Source of the DNA: Octopus bimaculoides
Lineage: Eukaryota
Assembly: GCF_001194135.2 (NCBI RefSeq)
Contig: NC_068983.1
Coordinates: 145,710,566 to 145,762,996 of the forward strand
DNA: 52,431 bases
Direction of reading: 5' to 3'
Shown: in pieces, positions 1 through 11,457 of the stretch
Numbering within the stretch: position 1 is the stretch's first letter
How the letters are laid out: the number at the start of each line of letters is the position of its first letter
Translations under genes and position numbers: made by a program
The notes under the pieces: generated by a model
Database searches by the model: none
Seen by the model: the letters and a program-made list of their open reading frames with translations, nothing else
What the model was told of the DNA's origin: nothing

Positions 1-348
1 AATTGCTTTATCTACCCTGGTACTATCAACTCGGATAGCTGGTCCCTCTATTGGGTCGACATACGGCAGGCTCTCTTTCTCCCATTCATTCTCTTTATTA
101 AGCAATCTATCGTAGTGGCATCTCCAGACCTCTTTCTTTGCATCCTCATTTAATGCAAGCGTACCATCATCCATGCGAACATGTTTCTCTCCTACAACAT
201 CACTATTCTCTCTCCTACACTGTCTTGCAACACGAAATACCTCGAGTCTTTGGTCCTCACGGCGCAGAACATTGGCAAATCTTTCCTTATCTGCTTCCCC
301 TCTGGCTAAATAAACCTGTCGCCTAGCCTCCCTTCTGGCACATTGGTA
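1..348 (-). mobile_element. RTE-clade LINE ORF2 fragment (endonuclease-RT linker), runs off the window edge
   Basis: Minus strand translates without stops: YQCARREARRQVYLARGEADK...VVGEKHVRMDDG...VWRCHYDRLLNKENEW...DPIEGP. Confidence 0.8.
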
Positions 349-422
349 CAATTTATTGAAATTCCTATTAATTTGTTGTGTAACTTATTAATATATATAT
401 AACTTGTTTTAATTATTTTCAG

Positions 423-1619
423 GGCCATGCACGTGGCAAGGCAGTTGGGAGTAGTACTTCACGAAAGAAAAAAGGAGATTCTACCAGAGTTGACAGTGAG
501 AGTAATGGAGAAGTAATAGATGATTCTGTTACAGACTTGGCTTCAGATTCTGAAAAAGACATGTCTGTTGTATCTAAAGCAGAAAGCACTTCAAACTCTG
601 AACAAGCTAACAAATCTGTGTGTGAAACAGCAAGTCGGCCTGTGCGCAAACGCATGAAAAAAATTATCAGAGACATTCCACTCCAGAAAGAAGTCTCAAA
701 AAAGTCTGGGAAAGCTAGTGTGACAGGCAAGAACAATACTGGTAAAATTGGTGTGAAAGGCAAGACTAATACTGGTAAAAATAGTGTGAAAGGCAAGAAA
801 AATATTGGTAAGAAAACAGTTTCCACACCAACAAATCAAAGTGTTAATATTGCAGAAAGTAGTGAGTCGAGTGATGATACAAGTCTTAATCTCTCTAGTA
901 TTGTCTCAGCTTCAGCTGATTTGTTACCCGTTTCTGGTCAAATCAGTGAGAATAGTATGTTGCTATCGCAGACAAATTCATCAGCAGATGGTTCTCTTCA
1001 GTCTCCTGCAAGTAGTGCTTTGTGCAATTTACTACAGCCTCCTGACAAAGATGGGGCACAGACTGTTTCTGATTTAGCTGATAGTTCTCCTCTGGCAAAG
1101 CTTCAAAAAGGCATGTCTCCCATTTCTAAAACAGGAAGCAGTGTTGACAAGTTAGAGCCAACTGCAAGTGAAAAGTCCACTGTGCCTAAGACTCCACGAG
1201 GTAGTCGACGTCCTGCTATAAGTCTGACAAAATCCCAGAAAAAGAAAGAAGTACAAAAGGCTAATGACAGCGAAATTAGTTTGAAAGATCTGTCTGTTTC
1301 TCAGCAAGAGGAAACAGGAAAAGAAGATGACAAAAAAGATGGTGAGACAGCAAAGGAGAATATTGACGACAGCAAAGATGCTAATGTTAGTGGTAAAGAG
1401 CCAACTGAGGAGAGCAATAAAGGCATTCCATTGATGAAAAGCGGGCGGCCTAAGAGACAAGCAAGGATACGTAAAGAAGAACGAGAGAAAGCAGCAAAGG
1501 CTAGTGAACTGGAGGAGAGAGAGAAGAAAAAGCTGAAACGGAAGAGAAAACTACCTGTTAAAGATGTCAACAGTAGTGTGGAAGTAGACAAAACAACTGA
1601 AAATGAAGAAGAAGAAGAA

Positions 1620-1651
<32 letters not shown>

Positions 1652-1733
1652 AGAAGAAGAGGAAGAAGAAGAAGATGAAGAAGAAGTGCCTCTATTTCGG
1701 TTGAAAAAGATGCAGAACTCTGCTGAAGTCAAG
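423..1733 (+). CDS. DIDO1: Exon 1 in window: basic/Ser-rich low-complexity region with poly-Glu
   Basis: ttttcAG acceptor (421-422), open frame GHARGK...AEVK, donor AAG|gtaagc, phase 0-0. First in-frame ATG is at 561, so the true start is unresolved. Confidence 0.8.
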
Positions 1734-2070
1734 GTAAGCTTTACACCAAGGATTTTGTAATTCATTAGTTTTTAAAACAGGCTAATTTCATCTCTTTATA
1801 ATTACTAAATTACTCTCTTTTGGTTTTACCATTTTACAGAATCCTTTTATTTATTTATTTATTCAATGTTATTAATAATGCTACTTACAATTTTTGTAAC
1901 AAGAAGATAGTGGGGGTAGATGCTGAAGAACCAGATTATGTTTTAGAGTATTTGGCTGTCTCATACCTCTGAATTCAGTTTCTGTTGGGACTGTGTTTGC
2001 CTTTCATTATGTTAGGATCAGTAAAATAAACATCAGTAATATGCTGGATTGACTCATTGACTGCCTTATA

Positions 2071-2284
2071 CAAGGGTAGGCTGAAAAGTTCCTGGCTTTG
2101 GGTAAAAGAAAATACAGGAGCAGTTAATTATGATTTTATTCAACATATTCCTCTCTCAGATTTGCACACTTGTTCCAGCAGCCCTTTAGTTTTTCTAAGC
2201 CCTGTAAAAGAGCTCAGAAGATTGGGCTTTCAACCAGGCCTTTAACGATACCCTTAAAGTCAGGAACTTTTCAACACCCCCTCA
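2071..2284. mobile_element. Mariner/Tc1-derived MITE
   Basis: Imperfect TIRs (caagggtaggctgaaaagttcctggcttt / aaagtcaggaacttttcaacacccccctca), TA on both sides (2069-2070, 2285-2286). Confidence 0.8.
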
Positions 2285-2619
2285 TATACTCGTATGTAAG
2301 TTGCAGTTGTAGATATGTTTCACTTATTTGTTTTATGTAATATTTTCACTTTAGCCTTTACACCAAATGTTGCTTTTTGTAAATGCTGTTTCTAACTTCA
2401 CTTGCCATTGCATTTAAATGAAATAAGCTCAATCATTGCTAATACGGGCTAATGAGATCCCACAACTTCAAATATACCAATGTGTTCCTATAAATAAACA
2501 GAAACTATTACTATAGTTGATAATATTGATTTTAAGAGATTTCTTCTATTTGTCTGAGTTGTTTCTCTGATAACTTACCTATACAATTTCTTATTCCATA
2601 TTATCTACACATATTTCAG

Positions 2620-2676
2620 GCTGCCAGTTCAGAAGTGCCTGTAACGCCTGTCAAAAAGCTAACAAAGAAAGAGAAG
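2620..2676 (+). CDS. DIDO1: Exon 2 (AASSEVPVTPVKKLTKKEK)
   Basis: tttcAG acceptor, AAG|gtagt donor, 57 nt, phase 0-0. Confidence 0.8.
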
Positions 2677-4011
2677 GTAGTGTTTATAATTCACTTTTGG
2701 GGCAATATGGTGTTTGCATGAAAACACACATTGAAATAAACTTGTAGCAAGATGTCCAGTTTAGTAATGTCCACTATATACAAGCTGTTTTCCTAAAAAC
2801 TTAGCGCCAGCACACAAGGAAATTATTGAGAGATTAGAGTACCTCACAAGCATCCCTGTACCATTCCCAACCTTTTATCAATCTTTACAGATGTTGCCTA
2901 CCTCCCTCTCCCACTTCCCCTATCTCTTCCCCTATACACTCATGCAAACCCCTCACACTCCTCACCCATTATTGTTCCTGCTCCCTGAGGTATCACCAGG
3001 ACACCATCATTGTCTTTCTCCTTGGGGATACCTCTAATTCATTCTCTTTTCTCTTAGATGTGAGTAGCTGTGTAGCTCCTCAATAACAAGAACCTTCTCT
3101 GCCCTAACCTTTTTATACTTTGACTCCCATTTAATATGCAAAGGCAGCACCTTCCCTGAATTTATTCGCTTGCCAGCTACACGGTGGCCTCACTAGTGCC
3201 AAGGCAGAGTTTATTGCAATATCTGCAGATGACCATCCAGGAACCAAAGGATGTGCATCCCATAATCTAGAAGCTTTCTTGATTTGTAAATCTTAGCCAT
3301 GCCTTCTGGTCCATTGCCATGAGGATCTCTACTAAGTTTGCAACTAAGATGGCTCTATAAGTAGCACACTTACAAATAAAACAGCCACCTTTTATTTCTA
3401 CACCTTACCTACACAACAGTATCTCTCCTGATCTCTACATCTTAAATCCATTTGTCCTGTCATTGTATACATACAGCTATGGAATGTTAAAAATTTTTCC
3501 AACCACTCTAACCCAATAAGACAACCAGTCCTGATAGTTTTCCTTCCGTTAATCAAATAATGTGCTCAAGAGCTAGAGCCAAATTCCAATCTCCCCCCAC
3601 CCCCACTCCCCATGATGGTATGATAATCTAGTCAGTCCCAAAACGCAGCTACTATATCTTCCCTACAACACATAATCCCGAAACTTGCCACAAATACTTC
3701 ACTTCACAATCTCTCATGATAACAACCCATTCTAGAACATTGTTAAAGTTGTACCACACATATTAGGGCCCTGCTTCATAGTCAGAAAACATGTTGTTCA
3801 GTTACTAAGCCCTACAAAGCACAAGTGTGACCCATTTAAAAGTCCTGTACCTTGGTTATTGCAGCAGATTGTCTCATCCCTTGAAATCTGCTTTGAGAAT
3901 TACTGGTTTAAACAGTTTTTAGTATTTATTTAGGGTGTTGAAATATTAAATATCCCAGTATCTGTTTTTGATATATAATTTTGCTGATCTTTTCTGTTGC
4001 TTTCTTTACAG

Positions 4012-4873
4012 AAGGCAGCTGCTTTACAAGCAAAAGCTGAACAAGAAGAACTGGCTCGCCTTGAAGAGGAAAAAGCAAGACTTGCTGCTGAAGAGAAAGC
4101 TCGAGCTGAGCAAAAGGCTCGAGCAGAAAAAGAGGCCAAAAAGAGAAGGAAACAGCGCAAGTCTGAAGAATCTCTTGACAAAACAATGATAGATTTATTT
4201 AAGCCTGATGGAGTGATTGTCCATGAGTCTTCAACACAAGCAAAGAAAGAAAATGAAACTGACATTCAAGCTGATGCTATCTCTCAGACTTTACCTGAGA
4301 AATCTTCTGTCACCACTGCTACACCTTCTAGTCTTCAAAGCAGTAATTCTGCTACAAAAACTGTTAGCTTTTCTTCTAGTGAACTACAATCTAAAGTTTC
4401 AACTACTGGGAATAAAACTGCCATTGCACCTAGCAAACCAGTCCAGTCATCTCCCAGCCACCACAAACCATCTGTTGTAAGCTATTCTGTGAATTCCAGT
4501 CAAACTGATAGTGAGAAGATGTCTTCTGATAACGGCAAGGACATTCCATCTTCAATAGATGATAAAACAGCAACTTCTTCCAGTATAGATTCAGTTACTT
4601 CAATGACTGTAGATGTAGCTGATAAGTTTGTCTCTGTTAATTTTGATCATACTGAAGAACCAGTCAGAGCTGAAACCTCTTTAGATGAACCAGCACCCGA
4701 AAAGCAAATAAGATCTAAAGCTGATTCAGTGCAGTCAGCTTCTAACGAAACTCAATCAGCCACTTCAGTGAAAATGGAAGCTGAGACTACCATGTCAAAT
4801 GATGCCTTTACTGAAGATATCGATAATAAATCCTTAGCAGTGTCTATTGGCTGCCAAGCAGATGAAGATAGTG
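4012..4873 (+). CDS. DIDO1: Exon 3: charged coiled-coil-like segment plus Ser/Thr-rich region
   Basis: tttacAG acceptor, G|gtaagt donor, matches ORF 3997-4881, phase 0-1. Confidence 0.88.
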
Positions 4874-5705
4874 GTAAGTAATGGTTAATAAAATTGAGTT
4901 TGTACTTTTTTTTCATAGCCTTCATTATCTATTTATACTTAGCCACTACTGGACCTGGGAGTGATTCTGAGCTGTGGAAGTTTCCCTTCAGAAGAGTGCA
5001 TTACAAGAAGCAGTTTCTGCTTTAGAGTTCATGCACACAGACTATATACGAAACCTAATTTATTCGGTACATCTATTCCTATAGACCAAGCATTTTCATT
5101 CATCACAAATGAAAGGATTTGTCTTCCTCCAACTAATGTACTCCTAGATTTATATTCATTGAAGTGTTGCTCCATAGACACCCTCTAGAAGGGATCATAC
5201 AATTCACTAATTATTAATACACTAATCTGTCTCTTCTGCTGTTGTTACTAGTAGCAGCAGCAGAAGAGATGAGTGTACTAGTTTACTACTAGTAAACTAC
5301 CTACAACTTGATACATATACTTACCTCCTTTCATCATCTCCTTAGCAATTTGTATCAAATGCTTTCCTCAATCCTTTCTTTTCTGAATTCTAATTCTCCC
5401 TGGAACTCACTCGATCATGCTTTTCTTAAAAACATTAAATCTAGACGTTCGAATTGAACAGCAGTATTATTGTTTCGCCAGGCTGGGAAGGTCTGCAATA
5501 GCTATAGGCTGTGCCCCTCTAACCATTAAACAAATATTTGGAAAGAAAAAAAGAAAATTAAAATAAAAAAAATTTTTTTCAGTTTGTTTATCAGTGGTGC
5601 ATAAATTATTTTACAGCTCATCTACTTGCACATTCATCTCACCCACATTTATCTTGCATAATACACAAATATATGCTAAGACGTTATTTTACTTTTGCAT
5701 TTTAG

Positions 5706-5811
5706 AATATGAATATGTTAGCTGCACTGAGGAGATGGAAGATGACCGACATCTGCAACCGCGACTTCAAGGAAAAACCTGCACCATATGTAACATGGTG
5801 CAAGACAATCA
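5706..5811 (+). CDS. DIDO1: Exon 4: start of PHD finger (KTCTIC)
   Basis: tttAG acceptor, CA|gtaagt donor, phase 1-2. Confidence 0.88.
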
Positions 5812-5901
5812 GTAAGTTGGTTTCATTGTACTACAAGGCATAAATCATCATCGTATAGCAATTCAAATACAATTCCTCTTATCACTCCTATCATTTATTA
5901 A

Positions 5902-6111
5902 TCTTTTAGCGTTCAGATTACTCTGTCTAATGCAATGCTTATTTATTCTTGTTGCTTTGAATTAATCATGCATTGTCTCATAGCTTGATATAATGACTTC
6001 TTCTTTCTAGAATGACATTGTTGGGTAGTGTGAGAGGCCAAATCTGACTAGTTTGAACATAAAACAAATAGAATATTTGGGCCTGATCTGGTCAATTTAA
6101 ATGCTAATGGG
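5902..6111. mobile_element. piggyBac-type MITE, degraded copy
   Basis: Homologous to 12218-12411; degenerate ends, TTAA/TCAA flanks. Confidence 0.7.
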
Positions 6112-6502
6112 TCAAGAGGGTGTTAGATAACCAAAATGATAGATTGTTATATTGTGTGGTTTTGACCTTGGCATAGTCTTGTGACCTTGATCAAAGTACT
6201 TGGCTTTCAAATTACCCAATCCACTTGGTTATAAATTGATACAGCGGGAGATACAGCACATCACTGTAAGAAGTTATGGTAGTGTATAACTAGCACACGT
6301 TTCTTCAGATTGCAATCCTGTGCTCCAATGCTTCCATGGGGTTACTTGGAGAGAGATGAATTCCATTATTTGACTTGCAACAATTCACAATAAATGTCTG
6401 GTTGTGATCCCTGTAATTTAATGGATTATGGAACTCACTTCACATTTAGTAAGCATTTTGGTAATAGCTGCAGTTTATTAATGTTTTCTTTGTCTCTTTC
6501 AG

Positions 6503-6693
6503 ATATCTTGTAGACTGTGATATATGCAGAAAGAGCTTCCATGGCCACTGTGCTGAACTCACTTTGGAAGATATGCAAAGGATTTTACAAGATGGAGAGA
6601 AATTTGTCTGTGATAACTGTCCTTTGGAAGGAACCACTCTACCTGTAACAACAGAACCAGCAAAAGAAGAGTCTACAACATCAGAAGCTGCAG
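6503..6693 (+). CDS. DIDO1: Exon 5: rest of PHD finger (CDIC...FHGHC...CDNC)
   Basis: ctttcAG acceptor, G|gttggc donor, phase 2-1; completes the C4HC3 pattern. Confidence 0.92.
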
Positions 6694-7829
6694 GTTGGCT
6701 TCGTTATATATAAATACATATATAGTTATATTGCATTGATTGTCATTCCTCTCTTCCTACTGATAGTTTGAAGGGATGTTTAGTAGAATTGGTCAACTAT
6801 CTATGTAGAGCATAGTAAATTTTGTTAAATGTTCAACCAGAGGCTGGTTGAATGCTTATGCAACACCAAATTAACTGTGATGTTATGAAGATACATATAG
6901 AGGAGTGGATTGTGTAGATTTGTGAGGATGCAATTAGTATTGACTGTAATCGAGTGTTCACAGTTGGCATTAGCTGTTAATTTCATCAGATTCTGTTGAA
7001 ACTGGCTGCAGGCTGGAGGAGAGAGCTTGTACTGGCTGTAGGTTGGAGGAGAAAGAGCTGGTACTGGCCATAGGCTTGAGGAGCCAGCTGGAACTGGTTG
7101 TAATTTACAGAGGGCACAGATGAAACTGGGAGTAAGTTTGTGTGGGCACCACCCAAATTGGTTGTAGGTTTAATAGAGAGAGAGAAAAGAAATGGAGAGA
7201 GAAAAATGTGTGAAGATTAATAGATTAATATGAGCATTCCAAGGACTGGAAATTTTTTAAGGTTGCTACAAAGACATGGTACAAGTAAGTTTAAGTTTAA
7301 TGTGCATCCTACCCCCTGTTTTATTACATAATCAAAAACATATTTGAACTAATATTAACCGAAAAGCCAGTGTATGAAAAAAAAAATCTCTTCATTTGGT
7401 ATTTGAATGTATCTTGTGTAACTCCTAGACCTGCCAATATTTGAAAGAAATTGTATTACTATGTTACTATGTCTTTCTATTTCTATGGTATTTTGGTTTT
7501 AAAATAAGTTATGGGTAGACCATATATCCAAATAACTTGCTTAATGAACAAAATTTAAAAACAAAAATTAATTTTGCTACATAATTTTAGACATACTAGT
7601 TTCTCTAGTTTTAGAGATACCAATGGGAAAGCTCAACCAAGTAAACTGGACAAAAAGAGAAGCACCTGATTTTTAGTCAAATGAATTCATCTCACTACCT
7701 AGTTTTCTTTTTAAGCCTGTCTCTTTTGCTGAACTGCTAAGTTACAAGGATATAAACACACCAACACTGGCTGTTAAGCAGTAATGGGGGATAAACACAC
7801 ACACATGTATGCATGCATGCATGCATGTG

Positions 7830-8006
7830 CACACACACACACACACACACACACAGTTGGCTTCTTTTAGTTTCTGTCTACCAAATCCACTTACAAGGAT
7901 TTGGTCGATCTGGGGCTATAGTTGAAAAATACCTGCCCAAGATGCCATGCAGTGAGACCGAACCTGGAACCATGTGGTTGGGAAGCAAGCTTCTTACCAC
8001 ACAGCC
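7830..8006 (-). mobile_element. tRNA-type SINE family A (head, core, CA tail)
   Basis: Reverse complement ggctgtgtggtaagaagcttgcttcccaaccacatggttccaggttcgg...; multiple homologous copies in the window. Confidence 0.8.
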
Positions 8007-8106
8007 ATGTCTGGCTATTGTTATTTTTTCTTCATTTTCAGTCATGGAAAATACTTTTTTCTTATTAAATACTTATAACATCCTTATTGATTTTTCTTTC
8101 CTGTAG

Positions 8107-8198
8107 TTCCTGTTCAAGTTGATGCATCAACATCTGATAAATCTACAGCCGTTGTCAAATCAAGAGAAGACAGCAGTGAATCAACTAAGAAAACCAAA
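8107..8198 (+). CDS. DIDO1: Exon 6 linker (VPVQVDASTS...KKTK)
   Basis: ctgtAG acceptor, AAA|gtatgt donor, phase 1-0 bridges exons 5 and 7. Confidence 0.82.
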
Positions 8199-8634
8199 GT
8201 ATGTTTGCAAACTGTTTTCCATTTTGTCTTTAAATTCAAAAATTGTTTCTTTTAAAATTTCTATCTAAGTTTAAATTTATTTTCAAAATACAAATCAAAA
8301 ATATTAAGCACAATTATTCCTATACATTTCCAAATTTGGGAATTAGTCAGACTTGATCTCTGTGGGATTTAAATCCAAACTTAGAGGAAAGACACAAATA
8401 CTATTACATATTTAATCCAAAGTTCTAGTGTCTCAGTTGTGTCCTCCATTCTTCATATGGTATATGACCTATACACTTGCTTTGTCTTTGTATGTTTCAG
8501 TTACAAAAGTTTCTGTATGAAATATAAATATACTTTTCATAGTTTAGCAAAACTACTGTAATGAATAATCATGTGAACTAACATTAGTATTTCTTTTTTG
8601 TCTTGATTTATTTCTACTATTTTCTTTTTAACAG

Positions 8635-9663
8635 AATAAAAAATCTGTGTCAGGTGAATCCAATGTTTCTAAAGCAGCTTCAAAGGAGTCTGTGAACAAC
8701 AGTGATGTAACCACAACACCCAAAAAGATGCTAACGTCGAGTGCCAAGAAAGAAAAATTAACTGCTGCTAGTAATGAAGCTACACATAAAAAGGAAGCAT
8801 TGACACATATCGCCACTCCTGTGACCACTTCAAAACCCACTTCTGTGTCCTCTACAAAATCTGCACCTGTGTCCACTGCAAAGACTACTCCCACGTCCAC
8901 AACAAAATCCACTCCTGTACCCACTGCAAAGACCACTCCTGTGCCCACTGCAAAGACCACTCCTGTGCCCACTACAAAAACTCCTGCTGTGCCCACTGCT
9001 AAGATAACCCTGGTGTCCACTACAAAGCCCACTACAAAAACTACTCCTGTGTCCACTACAAAAACACCTGTGTCTTCTACAGTGACCACTCCTGTAGCCA
9101 CCACAAAAGCCACTTCCATATCTACTACAGACACCACCCCCATATCCACTACAAACACCACCTCTGTGTCCACTACAAATACCACTCCTGTGTCCACTAC
9201 AAACACTACTCCTGTCTCTATATCAAAGAAGGCTCCAAGTGAAAGCAAAACACCTCGTAAGAGTTCCAGAGATGGAGACCCTGAGAAAGAGAAGCAGAAG
9301 ACTCCTGTTAGTAAAGATAATAAGAGGAAACTGTCTACAGAACACTATGAATCTAAAGAGGCTAAAGACCGCCAGAATTCAAAAGAACGTGCTGAGGTTG
9401 GTAGCAAGGAGCGGAGATATAAGGATAGGAAAGATTACAGCAGGGATAAGCTCAAACCTTCTTCGAAAGAGCGTGACAGGCGAGACAGCAAAGATTATGC
9501 AAATAATTCTCCGAGCACTAAGTCGTTTGGCAATCTGACCCCTCGCAAACCTGAAGTGTCTTCTGCTCAAGTATCGTCCAGCACTAGTACTGAAAATGAG
9601 AAGAAAACATCTCCAACATCAGACTCTTCAAAGAAGAAAAAACTTCTTCATTTCAAAGACATG
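8635..9663 (+). CDS. DIDO1: Exon 7: Thr/Pro 8-aa repeats plus K/R/D-rich region
   Basis: taacAG acceptor, ATG|gtaatt donor, matches ORF 8647-9756, phase 0-0. Confidence 0.88.
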
Positions 9664-10003
9664 GTAATTATCCCTTTGTGTTTATGGTTAGTTTTTGTGC
9701 GAGTTTTTGCCCTTCCTTCTTTCATGGCATCTATTTACAGTTACAGTCAATGTTGACAAGATACAAGCTATTAACTCTTTGTCAGTTTAGAGGGTAACAT
9801 ATCACCTCAGCTAATTTGAATGATTTCAACATAGTTATTGCTTAACATTTTTCTTGTTTATGTTGTTTGGACACTTTTTTCTTCTGTCTAGACAACTTGC
9901 TTGCTTGTCTATTATTTGATAATGAGTACTGCTCTTAATGTGTATACTTTCTGATTATTAAAGAAGGATTTGCAGCTTTGAAAACACACTTTTCTCCAGC
10001 AAA

Positions 10004-10443
10004 GTGACTGTATAGTAAGAGGTTTGTTTTGCAATCACATGGTTCTGAGTTCAGTCCCACTGCATGGAATCTGGGGCAAATGTCTTTTACTATAGCCCTG
10101 GGCTGACGAAAGTTTTGTGAGTAGATTTGGTTGATAGAAACTGAGTGAAAGCCCATTAAGTGTGTATTTGTGTGCGTGTGTGTGTGTGTGTGTGTATGCA
10201 TATATACACATGTGCGCACATGTGTGCGTATGCATATATATATATATGTGTGTGTGTCAGTCACCCACCACCACTTGACAACTGTTGTCTACATCCCCGT
10301 AAATGCAGTTTGGCATAAGGTACTGATAAAATAAGTACCAGACTTTGTAAAATAAGTACTGTGGGTTGATTACCACCCTTCAGGGTGGTACCCCAATATG
10401 GCCACAGTCCAATGACTGATACAAGTATAATATAAAAGATAAA
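10004..10443 (+). mobile_element. SINE family A, composite form with internal microsatellite and 3' module
   Basis: Head/core homologous to 7830-8006, then (TG)n, then a 3' module shared with 39820-39965 and 40800-40950. Confidence 0.75.
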
Positions 10444-10773
10444 CAAACCAGATTTTCCTCTGCATGCCTAAAGTCTGACTTGAGAAGCTTACAGGCTCAT
10501 GAGATTTTCAAGATATTTTTTGCTGAAAATGAAAGGATGCTAACAACCCCCACCCTCCCCGATCACTTGAGAGTTGTCTTGATAGAAAACATAAGACAAT
10601 GCTGGTGACAGGATTAGAACTGCTAACTACTTAGCTGGTTGGATATTTGATATCTTACTGAGTTAGACATAAATATTTTTGAATTAATAGGATTGAATAA
10701 TGCAGTAATTTTAAGAACCCAAATGTGTTTCTTCGTAAATAACCTCAGTTATTATTATGTCAGTTTCAAAAGT

Positions 10774-11457
10774 ATGGTGAAGCATGAAACTTTGAATTTT
10801 GGGCATCACAAAGGTAATGACAAGCGACTGAAATCTTTGGCAATATGCTGTGCTTGAGAAGACCCGACAAGCCAAGTGTGATCGTAGCCATGGCTGAGGT
10901 CAGTGTTGCATAACTGGCCAATTTAAAAGCACCTTTCCGTCGTTGGACAATATGCTATGGTCGTGAAGACCTGTTGAACCAAGTGAAATCGTAGTTGTGG
11001 CCAATGCCAGTGCTGCCTGACTGGCATGTAAAAAGCACCATTCAAGCATGGCCAATGCTAGTGCCGACTGACTGGCTTCTGTGCTGGTGGCACGTAAAAA
11101 GCACCATTTGAGTGTGGCCGATACCAGTACTGCCTGACTAGCACCTGTGCCAGTGGTGCGTAAAAAGCACCATTTGAGTGTGACCAATGCCAGTGCCACC
11201 TGACTGGCATGTAAAATGTACCATTCGAGGAGATTGATGCTAGTACTACCTGACTGGCTGCCAGTAGCATGTAAAAAGCACCCACTATACTCATGGAGTG
11301 GTTGGTGTTAGGAAGGGTATCCAGCTGTAGAAACCTTCCAAATCAGATTGGTGCCTGGTGCAACCTCTCAGCTTGCCAACCCTCTGTCAAACTGTCCAAC
11401 TCATGCCAGCATGGAAAGCGGACCTTAAACAACAATGACGACGATGATGATGATGAT
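10774..11457 (+). mobile_element. 5'-truncated RTE LINE 3' end with VNTR in the 3' UTR and (GAT)n tail
   Basis: Decayed ORF2 end LGITKVMTSD*NLWQYAVLEKTRQAK, tandem gtaaaaagcacc units, conserved ...catgccagcatggaaagcggac...(gat)n tail. Confidence 0.8.

Noticed and set aside
2880-3230. IFTD and AEFIAI strings suggesting a LINE RNase H remnant
   Set aside because: Spacing is about twice that expected and the frames are broken; too weak to call
7955-8006. tRNA-like A/B boxes in SINE heads
   Set aside because: No complete cloverleaf; these are SINE heads, not tRNA genes
1301-9248. Antisense ORFs such as 1301-1765 (poly-Ser), 3930-4265 and 8628-9248 (Val-rich)
   Set aside because: Shadows of low-complexity sense exons
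9664-9756. Read-through of the exon 7 donor adds a hydrophobic tail, mimicking mucin plus transmembrane protein
   Set aside because: T-rich intron sequence gives hydrophobic codons by chance; the donor is strong, the frame continues in exon 8, and no signal peptide is seen
11028-11285. Regularly spaced repeats with hairpins resembling a CRISPR array
   Set aside because: Eukaryotic intron, the 'spacers' are homologous to each other, no cas genes, and the array sits in an RTE 3' UTR
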